Assembly: GCA_946965045.2 (NCBI GenBank)
Contig: OX337229.1
Span: forward strand, 2,108,001-2,172,000
Origin: Epithemia pelagica
Lineage: Eukaryota; Protista; Bacillariophyta
Direction of reading: 5' to 3'
Length of the DNA: 64,000 nt
A program made the translations under genes and the position numbers. This document shows, piece by piece, positions 24,876 through 36,568 of this stretch; the first letter of the stretch is position 1; each line of letters begins with the position of its first letter. The notes beneath the pieces are model-generated. The model searched no databases, was not told the origin of the DNA, and saw only the letters and a program-made list of their open reading frames with translations.

Positions 24876-27261
24876 ATGGCGTCTTTGATAAAACCGAAAA
24901 CGTTCAATTTTCGTGACGTCTTTCAAGGATTTTGCTTTGGCAATGAAGTAACAGAACGACTCAAAGGTCCGCAGGGAAGCGCTCTTGCCAACACCCAAGA
25001 GTCGAGTACGGGTCAATATCCCCTTCATTACGTGTTTGAATTGCGAAGTAAGGAATGTGATCATACGACTTCTGTCCCTAATGTCCTCTCGGTCTTGTCC
25101 CTCTTGGTGAATTTGTCTCGGGCCACAGTCCTGGTGACCCCCGACCAACAGGGTCATCTTCCCATCCATCATGCCCTCCCTATTCGTTTGGCTTTCCCCG
25201 AAGGTTATAAAGAAATGAAGGAGTATTGTTCCATCATTTCCCTCTTGCTTAGCAAGAATCCAGAGTGCGCGTCGATCCCATTGCCGGCCACGGGAGAATT
25301 ACCGCTCCATACGGCCTGCAAATGTCTACAAAAAGACGGCTCTGTTCTTATCACCGAGGTGGTGCTCGAACTTGCCAACGCATTTCCACAAGCCATTGTC
25401 ACCACAGACAAGGCTGGGAACCTTCCCATTCATTACTTGTGTGTTTACAACGGTTCCGCAGTGGATAAGATGCGAGTGCGCAAGCTTTTCTACGACCTCC
25501 ACCCCGACTGTTTCTCATGCCCCAATGCCCACCAACGTCTTCCCCTGCATATAGTGTGTGACACGGAAAAGCATTTTTTCACAGCTGCCCTACGAGATCT
25601 TGTCACCTTTCTAGTCGATTGTCATCCCCAGGGAGTGCACCACAAAGACGACCAGGGAAATTTGCCCATTCATTTTGCCGCAGATTCCAACCCATTTGTG
25701 GCCTCACTCCTTCTCGATCGTTTTCCTTCCTTCATTGATACATCTGTAGGTGGAAGAAATTTGCTGCATCTTGCCTGCCAACATCGTCAAGGAATCTTGA
25801 CCAAGGGAATTTTAGGCATTCTCAAGGCCCGCCCCGAACATGCTTCCGTTCCCTATCCCAGTTCTCAAGTGTTTCCACTTCATAAGGCATGTGAGAATGG
25901 CCTTACCATGGTCATTTCCGAGTTGATTGAGGCATTTCCAGAGGCTCTCCGTCTTATGGACGACAATGGCAACCTTCCTATTCATCTTGCGGTCGCCAAA
26001 CCCAATAGAGAATCTAAACAGCAAACGGAGATTCTCCATTCCAATTACCCTCAAGGTTTTCTACAAAAGAATCACAAGGGACAACGGCCCATTGATTGTT
26101 GTGGAAAAGATGACATGTTGTTTGCCCATTTAGCGCATCTTTGCCCGGAAAGCTTACTCATCGTTGACGCCCCCGAAAAGCGTGGCCCTCTCGCACCATT
26201 GACTGCTTATCTTTTACGCCACTACAAGTTTCCTTCCTGTCGAGCGCGGTTTCTTCAACGTGTCTTTGACGCCGTGATTCCCCACAGCAACACGCCCCAT
26301 GACAGCCAGCAACATGCACAGGAAATCATAGAGTTGAAGGAACGTATTCACAAACTCGAAACAGAAGTGGAAACAAGTCAGAACCAGTGCGACGGACAAA
26401 GTGTGGAAAAGCAGAAGCTCATGGAACTCAAAAATGATAAGATACTACAGCAGCAGCAACAACAACAACAGGTCATGAGAAAGACATCGATCCGCGCTTT
26501 CAAACCGTATCCCGATTCCCAGGCGTTTAGACTTCATAATGCATGCGCGTTTGGTATCACCATGGCTATTCCCAAGTTGATCGAGGCATTTCCAGAGGCT
26601 CTCCAACTCATGGACGAGGACGGTAACTTACCCTCATCTTGCGGCCGCAAGCCCCACTAAAGAATCCCAAAAGCATATGGAGATTTTCTTTTCCAAGTAC
26701 CCTCAAGGATTTTTGCAGAAGAATCACAAAGGTCAAATGCCCATTGATTGTTGTGGAAAAGATGACAAGTTGTTTGCCATTATGGCGCAACTGTGTCCGG
26801 AAAGTTTGTACAATGACGAGGCGGACGCACCACAAAAGCGTGGCCCTCTCGCACCATTGACTGCTCATCTCTTGCGCCACTACAAGTTTCCTGCGTGCCG
26901 AGCGCGGTTTCTCCAACGCGTCTTTGACACAGTACTTCCCCACATCAAGTCCCGAGAGAGCCTAAACCATGGACAGGAGATCAAAGAGTTGAAGCAACAA
27001 ATTCACCATCTTCAAACAAAGGTGGAAACAATTCAGAACCAGTGCAACCGACAAAATGTGGAAAAGCAAAAGCTTGACCAGTTGCAGGAACTCAGGAATA
27101 AGAAGGATCAACAGCAGCAACAACAACATGTTACGACAAAGACACCGGTACACTATGTGGATTGTCTTTCCTCCATTTCACATACGGATCAAGAACAGTT
27201 CGAAGAATTCACGGCAAACGGACCATCGAAACGTGCTCGTGTTTCCATAGATGGCTTGTAA
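24876..27261 (+). CDS. Ankyrin-like (LPLH/LPIH repeat) protein with duplicated C-terminal module; frameshift at about 26634
   Basis: Repeated G.LP(L/I)H.A motifs followed by a coiled coil and polyQ. ORFs 24876-26660 and 26677-27261 join across a 2-nt deletion (CCC-T-CAT versus CCT-ATT-CAT in the first copy). Confidence 0.7.
25860..27130. repeat. Diverged tandem duplication, period about 654 bp, inside the ankyrin-like gene
   Basis: gaggcatttccagaggctctc at 25929 and 26583; aagcgtggccctctcgcaccattgactgct, cagaaccagtgc and the CAG/CAA tract all recur. Confidence 0.9.
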
Positions 27262-27749
27262 ATCAAGAGTTTTGCTCCACAGTCCCAAATCATAAAAGAC
27301 GTACAATTACCATCTCGAATCTTGATTGTCGTGTCATGCGACGACACCACGCCAGACACTCTACCGAAACAGATTTTCTCCAAACGACTACCGAATACTT
27401 TCGTTGAGAAATGATGGTTGGCCGCGGAATCAACAGCTAGCAAGGAAGGATGTCGTTCTCGTATCTCTTGGTTCTTGCAAACTAGCATTCGAGCAGACTC
27501 ATGCAACGTTTCCTTGCGAGGCAACGAGCTGCTGCGCGCACCTGTTCATTACCCTTGAATAAACGTCTGTTCCCGAGACAGAAACAATCAGGTATTCCTT
27601 TCAGCTGTGCTTCAGACTGCAAGATGTGATTCAGACTCGTGACATAAGGGAGAAAAGACATGCCGCGTCTAGTGGAGGTCGCTAGATAGGTTATGATGGT
27701 CAGTTATTCTCCCTCTATCTTGTCTCTAGTCGTTCTGGGCATGCAATTG

Positions 27750-30743
27750 TCAGTCATCTGCAATGGCAGTTGTCCCTTCCACGCTTGTCGCAGTGGCGTC
27801 CTCATCATTGCCCTCCTCTTTTGGAGTAGACGGTGAGGAAGGTTCTGGTGCGATGGCAGCCTTTTCTTCAATCAAGACATTGAGCTGCGACCGGTACAAT
27901 TCTCGGACTTCTCGGATGTCGTCCTGCAAGCCTTGAATTTCCAAGGAGAGTTCCTTGTTTTCATTCGTTTGTTGCTGTAATAGTTGTTCAACCGCTGGTA
28001 ATCGTTCCTTGGCCTGCCGTGAGGCGGCCAATTCTGTCACCATTTGTTCCCGAGTCTTTTCCGATTCCTCCAAGGAATGTCGCAAGGTCTTGACTTCGAC
28101 TAACGTGACCTTCAGACGTGATTGTAATTCCTCCAAGGCCGCAAATGAAGAGGAAGACGATGCAGTGGCTCCATTCATTCCAGTTGACAGATGGCTCATG
28201 TTCGCCTCTGCTTCTCCATTCTGGGGGTCCTCGGTGTCATCTTCATCGTCATCTCCAATTCCATTCAGTGCTCCCGCCAAAATTTCAGCTTGTCCCTGAC
28301 CACTGCCCAATTTCTTTGGTGGTGCTTTGGGCATTGTCATTGGTTCGCCAAGTCCTTCATTGTCCATCGGTATCACCATGGCTGTGGCCTTATCCAACAA
28401 TCCCTGAACTTGTTCTTCTAATTGTTGCCGTTTCTCCTTTTCTACAAGTAGTTCCTTTTTCAGGGAATCCAATTGTGACACATGTCGTTCTTCGGCTTCC
28501 ACGACGGTTTGAGCCATTTCTCCTCGTACTCTGGAAACGGCTTCATTGGCCAATCGTTGTGTTTCCTGCCACTCCTGTTGCTCCTTGGAATGCACAACTT
28601 CCATATCAGACAAGCGGGATTCCATGGTTTGCAATCGTTGGGTTTTATCCTCATGACTGGCTCCCAGTGTTTCGAGTTGTGACGTACTTTCCTGGTATTG
28701 TCGTTCCAGACGTTGTGATTTGCTCTTGAGTTCATTGCGTTCCTTTTGCAATTGTTCCACTTGAACAATGGCATCTTCCAACTCTTGTCGCAATTTCGTT
28801 TCCAGTGTCGCCCAACCTGCTGCACGTGTACGATTGGTTCGCTCCATGGATTCCAATTGTCGCAACAAAGGTGCAGTGCTGGATTGTACGTCCATTGACA
28901 AGGAATCCGCACGTCGCACGGCATCTTGCCATCGTTTCCGTAATTCCGATACCTCATGACGCAAGGCATCTTCTCGGACAGCCGCTTCCTTTTCAGTAGT
29001 CCGCAATTTGGTTTCCAAATCGTCCAACATGGAAACATGCTCCTTTTTGAGTTTTTGTTGTTCACGCTCCGAATCCAAGGCAGCCCCGGTACGAGCTTGG
29101 TCGAGTTGATGCACCAAGTCTTTCGATGAAGCTTTGAGTTCTTTGACTTGTTGTTCCAACGCCAAGATGGATGCTGATTTCCGCTCAGACTCTTCCCGTA
29201 CCGACTGCAATTCCAGTTCCAATTTGGAGGCCTGGCTTTCCCCCCTTCGTGCCGCCGCCAAATCGGCCTTGGTACTTTTGAGGTCAGCCTCCAATTTGGC
29301 ATTCTTTTCCAACGCCTTACTACGGGCTTCTTGTTCGAGTTCCAAGGATTCCCGTAGCTCCCGAGCTTCTCCCTTGGCCGTCCGCACTGCCTGTTCCATG
29401 TCCAGTTGTTTACGTGCCAATTTTTCTCCCTCGGCACGCAATGCGGCAATGAGTTCCTCTTGTTGCGCCGTGGCATCGGAGGATGAGGACGATACGGCTG
29501 CAACGCGTTTCTCTGCTGCTTCCACACGTTCCTTGGCCTTGGCCAATCGTCGTTTCGCTTCCTCCTTGGTATTTTCCAATCGCTGTTCCAACTCCCGCGT
29601 TTCTTGATCATGGAGGGATTGCATCGATGTGAGTTGTTGCGTTTTGTTCATGAGTTGTTCTTCCCGTTGCCTTAGCTGTTCTTGCAAGTCCGCCAGTTGC
29701 TGTTGCCATATTGCCTGAGCTTCAAGATTACTTTGGCTACTAGCGAGAGTATTGGCTGCTTGGTGGTCTTTTTCCTCCACAAATTCATCCTGTTGATCTG
29801 GAGTCACTGATGCCTCCTCTGGTTTTGAGTCGACCATTGGTTCAGGTTCGGAAGCGAAGGGCACTGATGATGATGACTCATGAAGTGCATTAGTTACTTC
29901 CATGACATTTTCTGACTGCGTTTCGAGTGGTGTATGATTTGATGATTCCTCCATTGTGGATGCTTGCGTTTCTTCTGTGGGGAAATCATCGTGCAGTGGT
30001 GGATGCTCGGATGATTCCTCCACAAGAGATGTTGGTTCCGATTCGACCTCATTGTTTGGAGAGACGGTTTCCTCAATCAACGAGGGAGTCGCTGGTTCTG
30101 GTTCCGTGGAGGACAGAGGAATATCTGAGGGAGCGGTATCATTGGTTGTGGCATTCTCCTCTGCTTTGTCTTCCTGCATGCCGCCACCTCTATCGACGAT
30201 CGGTGAAGATTCAACTTCGGCAACAGGCGGTTCGCTGGGTGTTTTGGTTGTTATGGTCTCACTTTCAGCGGGAGTCGTTGTCATTGCCGTGGTTGGCATC
30301 TGAATTTCGGCTGAGAGGGATCCCGTCAAATCATTTGCGACGACGGATGTGGTACTTGGTGTCGTATCGGGCAGATTCTCCTCTGGCGATGATTGTGGAA
30401 TAGACTCTTCTGGAATCTCGTTTGATATTGGTGCAAGTGCTTCCTCAGACACCGCCAGGGGCTTGTTGTCGTCGTCATTCATCCTGTCGTTGCTGTTCAC
30501 TTTCTTGGAGGATGAAGAGATATCCAGGTCGTCATCGAGGGGGAAATCATCGTTCCAGGCATTGTCATCGTCATCATCGAGGTTCGGGTCCATGTCATCC
30601 TGCATCCCAAACTTGGAAGATGAGGTGGCGGCTGCTTCCGTGGTTGCACTTGCTTCCAATCCCACACTCTTGTCCAACTGACCCTCCAAATCGGCTGCCA
30701 CCGCCTTGGCTTTTTGAGCCAGATTGCTAAAGGTATTCCACAT
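27750..30743 (-). CDS. TMF1: Golgin, TMF1/ARA160/Sgm1-like coiled-coil protein
   Basis: Acidic disordered N-terminus and long coiled coil; LRAEGEKLARKQL matches the TMF central motif and LQDDIREVRELYRSQL the C-terminal TMF motif. Confidence 0.75.
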   Translation of the reverse strand: MWNTFSNLAQKAKAVAADLEGQLDKSVGLEASATTEAAATSSSKFGMQDDMDPNLDDDDDNAWNDDFPLDDDLDISSSSKKVNSNDRMNDDDNKPLAVSEEALAPISNEIPEESIPQSSPEENLPDTTPSTTSVVANDLTGSLSAEIQMPTTAMTTTPAESETITTKTPSEPPVAEVESSPIVDRGGGMQEDKAEENATTNDTAPSDIPLSSTEPEPATPSLIEETVSPNNEVESEPTSLVEESSEHPPLHDDFPTEETQASTMEESSNHTPLETQSENVMEVTNALHESSSSVPFASEPEPMVDSKPEEASVTPDQQDEFVEEKDHQAANTLASSQSNLEAQAIWQQQLADLQEQLRQREEQLMNKTQQLTSMQSLHDQETRELEQRLENTKEEAKRRLAKAKERVEAAEKRVAAVSSSSSDATAQQEELIAALRAEGEKLARKQLDMEQAVRTAKGEARELRESLELEQEARSKALEKNAKLEADLKSTKADLAAARRGESQASKLELELQSVREESERKSASILALEQQVKELKASSKDLVHQLDQARTGAALDSEREQQKLKKEHVSMLDDLETKLRTTEKEAAVREDALRHEVSELRKRWQDAVRRADSLSMDVQSSTAPLLRQLESMERTNRTRAAGWATLETKLRQELEDAIVQVEQLQKERNELKSKSQRLERQYQESTSQLETLGASHEDKTQRLQTMESRLSDMEVVHSKEQQEWQETQRLANEAVSRVRGEMAQTVVEAEERHVSQLDSLKKELLVEKEKRQQLEEQVQGLLDKATAMVIPMDNEGLGEPMTMPKAPPKKLGSGQGQAEILAGALNGIGDDDEDDTEDPQNGEAEANMSHLSTGMNGATASSSSSFAALEELQSRLKVTLVEVKTLRHSLEESEKTREQMVTELAASRQAKERLPAVEQLLQQQTNENKELSLEIQGLQDDIREVRELYRSQLNVLIEEKAAIAPEPSSPSTPKEEGNDEDATATSVEGTTAIADD

Positions 30744-31378
30744 GATGACTTGTTCTTATATCTTGCTGAAACCAAACCAAATATCATGAATTTCACAAGA
30801 ACCAGAGGGTCGATGCTATGCTTGTTCTTGTTCGGGATCTGCAATAGCGACAACACGATATTGAGAATCAACAACCCCCCAAGATGGTCGCGTTGTTGGT
30901 TCTCTTGATTTTCGGCTGAATACTTGTCTGACACGGTAAAAGTTGCTGCCACTAACAGAAGCACGTAGAAAGTGGTTGAAGAGAAGCGTCTATCAAAGGG
31001 AGGGGTTTGTTACCGCAGTCAGGAACATGCCATTGTCTCCTTCGTCGTTTGCTGATTTATGATGTCTTGTCCAAAGAGGATATGTTTTGGGGGCAGTGCC
31101 ATTTATGCCCCCAAAGACCCTGGCGATGTGGCGCTTGAAAGGGGGTGGATTCAGTTGCTATGTTACTCCGACTGGGAGTGCTTTATCGACAATGATACGC
31201 CTATTACTTCTAGAATTTAGAATGACTACCTAATCTTTCCCATGCCTACAACTTGGTGCCCACAAACATGAAGCAAATAGTTTGTGAAGAAGAAGCCGTA
31301 AAGACCATTCCCTTTCCTACAATAAAGACACATCAAGTATCGGTCAAAATGAGGTTGTATACTCGTGTAAGCATGTGC

Positions 31379-33872
31379 TTAGGGTGAAAACTCAAAGCCG
31401 CTGTCCCCACCACCACCTCCAGGTCTACGGACACTACTGTGAGGATATTTCGATCCAGCTCGTCGTGTCCTCCCACTGGACGTCGCACTGGTGGAAGTGG
31501 AGGTATTTGGTCGGGACCGGGTCGATGTGGTGGTCATGGAGGAGGTGCGGTTGCGCAATTCTCGAAGCATGGCCTTGGCCATGTCTCGTTCGGGACCCGC
31601 ATATTCAAGTAGTCGCGAACAAAAGAGAGCGGCTGTTTCGTATTCCCCACGATTCTTGTGATGGGTGGCCAGATATAACAAGGCTTCCGCTTCGGTATCT
31701 TCCACTACCAACTGTTGCAACATGAGTTCCAACGAGACGGGGCCATTGTTGCTGTTGTAGTCTGACACTGCAGCATTGGGACTGGTAATTTGATGACGCA
31801 ATTCCAAATGTCGAAAATAACACTGGGCCGCCTTGTCGTCTTGCCCCTGCTCTTCGTAGAGAGTGGCCAATTTTTGTGTCGCCAATCCTTCCGTATCATC
31901 TTGTTGAATCGCCCGTTCGTAGGCACGAATGGCATCGTCTTTGCGAAACAAGTGACTGTAAATTTGTCCCAAGGCTGACCACATGCGGGCATCGTAGGGT
32001 CGTAACTGCGCAGCTTGTTGATAATAGTATAAGGCCGACAAGTACATGCTCAGTAATTCATACGTTTGACCCAGTCCATACCAGGCTCGGTAATCGCGCG
32101 GTGCAACCTGTACGGCCCGACGATAGGCCTCCATGGCATGGGCCGTTTGTTTCCATTCGACATACTCATGACCCATTAATGTCCACGCACTAACATAGGT
32201 CCGATCCAAGGCCAACGCCCGTTGAAACGCTTGAATGGCCCGAGCTCTCATTTGTTTGAGACTATAGTAATTGCCAATGATACAGCTCGTTTCGGCCCGA
32301 TACTTGTCCACTTGAACGGCCACGTGAGCAAGTTGACTCAGGGACACCGCGTCTTCCTGAACGTAAAGAATATTGGAATAAACGTCCATACAGTCTAGTC
32401 GATAGGGCATATCGGCATGCATTTCGGCCAGAATACTTTGGGCGGCGGCAAAATGTCGCAATTGGTAGTGAACGAGGGCGCATTGTGACAAGAGATAGGG
32501 TGACCCTCCAAACATGGTGGCATCCATCCATCGCTGATAAATGGCCAACGCAGTAGCATGATCTTGATGCAAGGTTTGCAAATGGGCACAAAAGAAATGA
32601 TACATGAAATGATTGGACAAGGTCATGGCCAAGGGTGAGTCATCGCGTTCCAATTCTCGTTCGACGGCACGATCGGCAATGGCACAATCGGCCAAATCCA
32701 ACCAGGCACTCCAATTGTAGGGAAAGAGCTGAATGGATTGCAGCAATACCTTGTGCGCCTTGGGTGTACGACGCACTGGCAGTGCCAAATGACATTCCTG
32801 TGCTGCCACCAAGACCATTCCATATACATACAAACCAAAGGCATCTAGACAAGGACCATCGTCGCCCATATTGTCGTCGTGTTCGTCGTCTGGACGCATC
32901 GCCGCCGTCCCCAGAAGTCTGGTATTGCGGTAAGCTTCTCCCAGTTCCTCCACAAGCTGCAACAGGTACGGATTTCGGAGCGAGATGGCAACACCGACAC
33001 CCGAACCATGACCATCCTTGTCACTGTGACAGATGAAGAGGAGAAGAGTGATTCAGATGAACCAGATAGGAGGAGGTAAAACGTAAAAACAGAAAGACAA
33101 TTGCAAAGCATAAGTGGGCATTTGCCTTGCTCGCAATGGCAACATTCATGACTTTCTAAATACGTTGTACAACATGGAGGTGTCTCGTACTTTGATTGTC
33201 AACCGAATGCAGTTTGCTCGAAACATACCTTGGATTCCTCGCTGTAGTTCCGCCTGTACCAGGGGTGTTACCGCTGCCCTGATTTTCAGGATTGTTGCGT
33301 TCATGAAATTCTTCTTCCTTGCGTTGTTCACCAGCCATATAGAGGGCATATGCTCGCAATCCAACCGCAGCTGGGCTCAAATCCGGCAAGGGAGGTGGCA
33401 TGGTTTCGACCGTTGTGGTTATGCCTGTCTCATCACCACCACTCGACGCGGCTTGACTTAATACGGCGGCGGCATGGGCATATTCGGATAAATCCATCAG
33501 TGTTTTGGCATAGCAATAGAGTGGCGACGACGATGAGGCTGATGCGTCGTTGCAATATTCGACGGGGATGCTGCAGGGAGGCAACTGCATGTGATCGACG
33601 GCAGGCAACCCCATCCATTGTTCGGCCGCCCACTTGGCAGCCAGTTTGAATCCACGTTCCGTCAATATCTGGCAGGCTCGTTGCAAGTCAACATAGGCTT
33701 GTGAGGGATTCCATTCGACGTTTTGTTGTGGTAGCTGTGATTGTGGGTCCAATCGAAACACAGAAGGCGTCATTGTGGAATGTCCTGGTGAAGTCAATAT
33801 ACTTGATCCTCGTGGAGTAGATGTCGACGTCGACAACATCATGGGAGAAAAGGGCTGAGGGCGGTTCGGCAT
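31379..33872 (-). CDS. CDC23: Anaphase-promoting complex subunit 8 (Cdc23)
   Basis: Exons 33872-33229 and 33023-31379 (intron GTATGT..CAG). LTERGFKLAAKWAAEQ, YNWSAWLDL, MDVYSNILYV, ETSCIIGNYYSL, AWTLMGHEYVE and DYRAWYGLGQTYE TPR motifs. Confidence 0.95.
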
Positions 33873-34544
33873 TTTGTGAAAATAAACAAATCAAGATGGA
33901 ATGAAATGTGCTTGTTCTCGAGCGATGTCAGAGCATTCACAAGTCAATAAAAGGCAGGAACTGGAATCGCTTTGGGTTGGGTCCAACAATGTGCTCTCCG
34001 TCTTCGTTACAGGACAAAAGAGACCTTTGGGTAAGGGATTTATTGCGAGAGAGAAGTGAGTGATGTCTTATCACAACATATGATGTATATGGCGAAGAAG
34101 GGAGGTCCATAGATCCAATGACGACAATCCGTCGATGTCAAATCGAAAACAGAAACAGAAACCTAAACGGAAATATAAAATATCTACCATTACTGTTGCT
34201 CCTCTAGCTACTCTCTCTAGAGTGAAAGCCTTTCTCCTTGATCACAATGACCCATTCGAGTATTTGTTGATCTAACCCTCACGTACCATAGATATATGGA
34301 ATGGCTCATGGGTCGGATACACATTAGGAGGAGCTGTCACAACAAAGATATCCACAATCACAAATGGGAATGCCTCCCAAGTGTCCGACTTGAGGTGACA
34401 TTAGCCATGACATCTACCAGATACAGCGCAGACAAGATCCAGTAGAGCAGAGAGTCAAAACGTCATCCTCTGGACACCATAGGCACACGGTCTTATCCGT
34501 AGTCCCGTACCGCATGAAAGGAATATTCCAAATATCATGAACTC

Positions 34545-36065
34545 TCACCGTTTGAATGCTTTCATTGCCTTGGCCAATGCGTCCTTTTGTTGAGGAAGTT
34601 GCGGTTGTTTCGGTTCCTTGGCAAAGTAGAGGCCATGTTGACGGACAGCACGTTGAATGGCCATGAGAACTCGTTCACGATTGTCATAATATTCGTCACT
34701 CAATATCTTGAGTCGGAAATGAGCATCCACAACCACATCCAAACAATCGCTTTGAATGTCACTCCAATACACGCGAAAGGGTCGACTGCCATCGGTAATG
34801 AGGGTGGGACAGTCATTGAAGATTTCATCCTTGATACTGGCAATGACCTCGGGCATTTTCTCGGCATCCGATAAGCGGAATTTCAACACTTGATAGACTT
34901 GACTGTATCGGACCCGACTTAGATTGCTTACTTGTTGTTTTACCAGGTCCGTGTGGGGGACACTGACCATGACTTCATCAGACCCCCGAATAATGGTTTC
35001 CATCCATCCAATTTGAGCAATGGTACCGGAGAGGCCATTGCCGAATCGGACGACATCTCCTTCGTAAATCCGATCACTACTGGCCAACATGAGTCCATTC
35101 AAAACTTGTGTGGCAATGCCTTGAGAAGCCAAACCCAGGGCCAATGTACCAACACTTCCGACAGCCAAGAAGGAATTCAAGGCCACGCCCATTTGAATTT
35201 TAAGAATGTTAATCACGAGCAGGGCGGTGCCGGCAATAATGGCGGCATTCAAAAGACGATCCGTGACACGGATACGACCATAGGTCTCGGGGTGCGAAGA
35301 CACATAACTCCGCAGCAAGTGCTTTTTCCCCACGGCCAATCGTTGAGCGATCCAAATGGCAAAGGAGAGCTGGGCAAACGCGTGGGGAAAGTTTTGCATC
35401 TGCCACATATTGAACCCCATACTCACAGCAATAATACGAAAGACATCCATAAAATACACCAACAAGGCAATCTTGGATATCTGTTGGACATGATCCGAGG
35501 CCAAAAACAAGTACGTCGATTGAAACGAAGGTGTCGACTCATGGGGATGACTCCCGAACAATGCCGAGCGAGGAGCGACAGAAGAGGTTGAAGGTAGGTG
35601 CTTCGTATGATCGGTTTTCTCTTGTGACTCTTTCATATCTCGGGGATGACTCGTAATGGCCGACCGCAACAACAGTCGGCTCTGAATGACATTGTAGAGA
35701 AATCGAAGAATGGGAACCAACATCCAACCCAAAACACCCATGATGCACATATCCTCGATATGGACCTTGGAACGTAGGACGGAAACCATGCGGTCTAACT
35801 CTTGTCGCGATAACAAGAGCCGTTTCACAAAGGGGGACAAATGATGTTTGCCTGCCAACGTTGTGAAGACAAAAGATTCATTCCAAAAGTCATTTCCTTC
35901 GTTGGGAGGAAAAGTGGGAGGTTTCGGTTTGGCCGCATGGACGAGTGACAGCAAGCCGTTGCGGTGGTTGGTCGCCCCCGAAAGAAACACCACCATTATC
36001 GCCCACAGCAACGAGTTCTTCCTGTTTCTCATCGTCTTCTGTAACATTATCTTGTCTATCGGCAT
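34545..36065 (-). CDS. Small-conductance mechanosensitive channel (MscS-like)
   Basis: Transmembrane helices followed by GSVGTLALGLASQGIATQVLNGLML..IYEGDVV..SGTIAQIGWMETIIR..VSVPHT. Hydrophobic N-terminal presequence. Confidence 0.88.
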   Translation of the reverse strand: MPIDKIMLQKTMRNRKNSLLWAIMVVFLSGATNHRNGLLSLVHAAKPKPPTFPPNEGNDFWNESFVFTTLAGKHHLSPFVKRLLLSRQELDRMVSVLRSKVHIEDMCIMGVLGWMLVPILRFLYNVIQSRLLLRSAITSHPRDMKESQEKTDHTKHLPSTSSVAPRSALFGSHPHESTPSFQSTYLFLASDHVQQISKIALLVYFMDVFRIIAVSMGFNMWQMQNFPHAFAQLSFAIWIAQRLAVGKKHLLRSYVSSHPETYGRIRVTDRLLNAAIIAGTALLVINILKIQMGVALNSFLAVGSVGTLALGLASQGIATQVLNGLMLASSDRIYEGDVVRFGNGLSGTIAQIGWMETIIRGSDEVMVSVPHTDLVKQQVSNLSRVRYSQVYQVLKFRLSDAEKMPEVIASIKDEIFNDCPTLITDGSRPFRVYWSDIQSDCLDVVVDAHFRLKILSDEYYDNRERVLMAIQRAVRQHGLYFAKEPKQPQLPQQKDALAKAMKAFKR

Positions 36066-36568
36066 TGACTTTTGCCATCACATGACAACAAAGATTTCTT
36101 TGGATCTTTCCGCGACCCCCAATTAAAAGATACCTCATCCATGTATGCTTGCCCCCAAAGTTAGAGGGGTGAGGTGACCACCCTTCATTGGCACAGAAGG
36201 AATCTACCGACTACCGACTACAAGTTAGGTACCTCTAGCTCGATAATCAACATAGCTTGATGAAGAAATGCGCTATTCTATCATCCAACAACCACTAAAA
36301 TGTTTGTAGGAGAGGGAGAATGCGTCTCACAGCGCCCACTTTATTGGCTAGATCAGGATACTCTGCTCGTTTTCCTTACGTGAAACACTATTGGTGATGT
36401 TCGACAAAGAACATCGCAGGTGACAATCACCACACGGAATGGGACACGACTTTGCATGCGAGCTAGGTGTACGCTCAATCTAGATTTCCGATGAAGAAAA
36501 ACAAGTTGTTGCATCCATACAGTACCTTTGGACAAACCAAAAGAGGCGGGAATTGTTTGTAGTTGGTC

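Noticed and set aside
28460-29611. Long alternative-frame and antisense ORFs (383 aa here; 7354-8538; 49895-50911)
   Set aside because: Shadows of low-complexity or coiled-coil coding sequence with biased codons; no motifs.
31086-31115. 10-bp inverted repeat TTTGGGGGCA/TGCCCCCAAA, and a similar hairpin at 56397-56419
   Set aside because: Within chance expectation; no TSD or MITE structure, and bacterial terminator logic does not apply.
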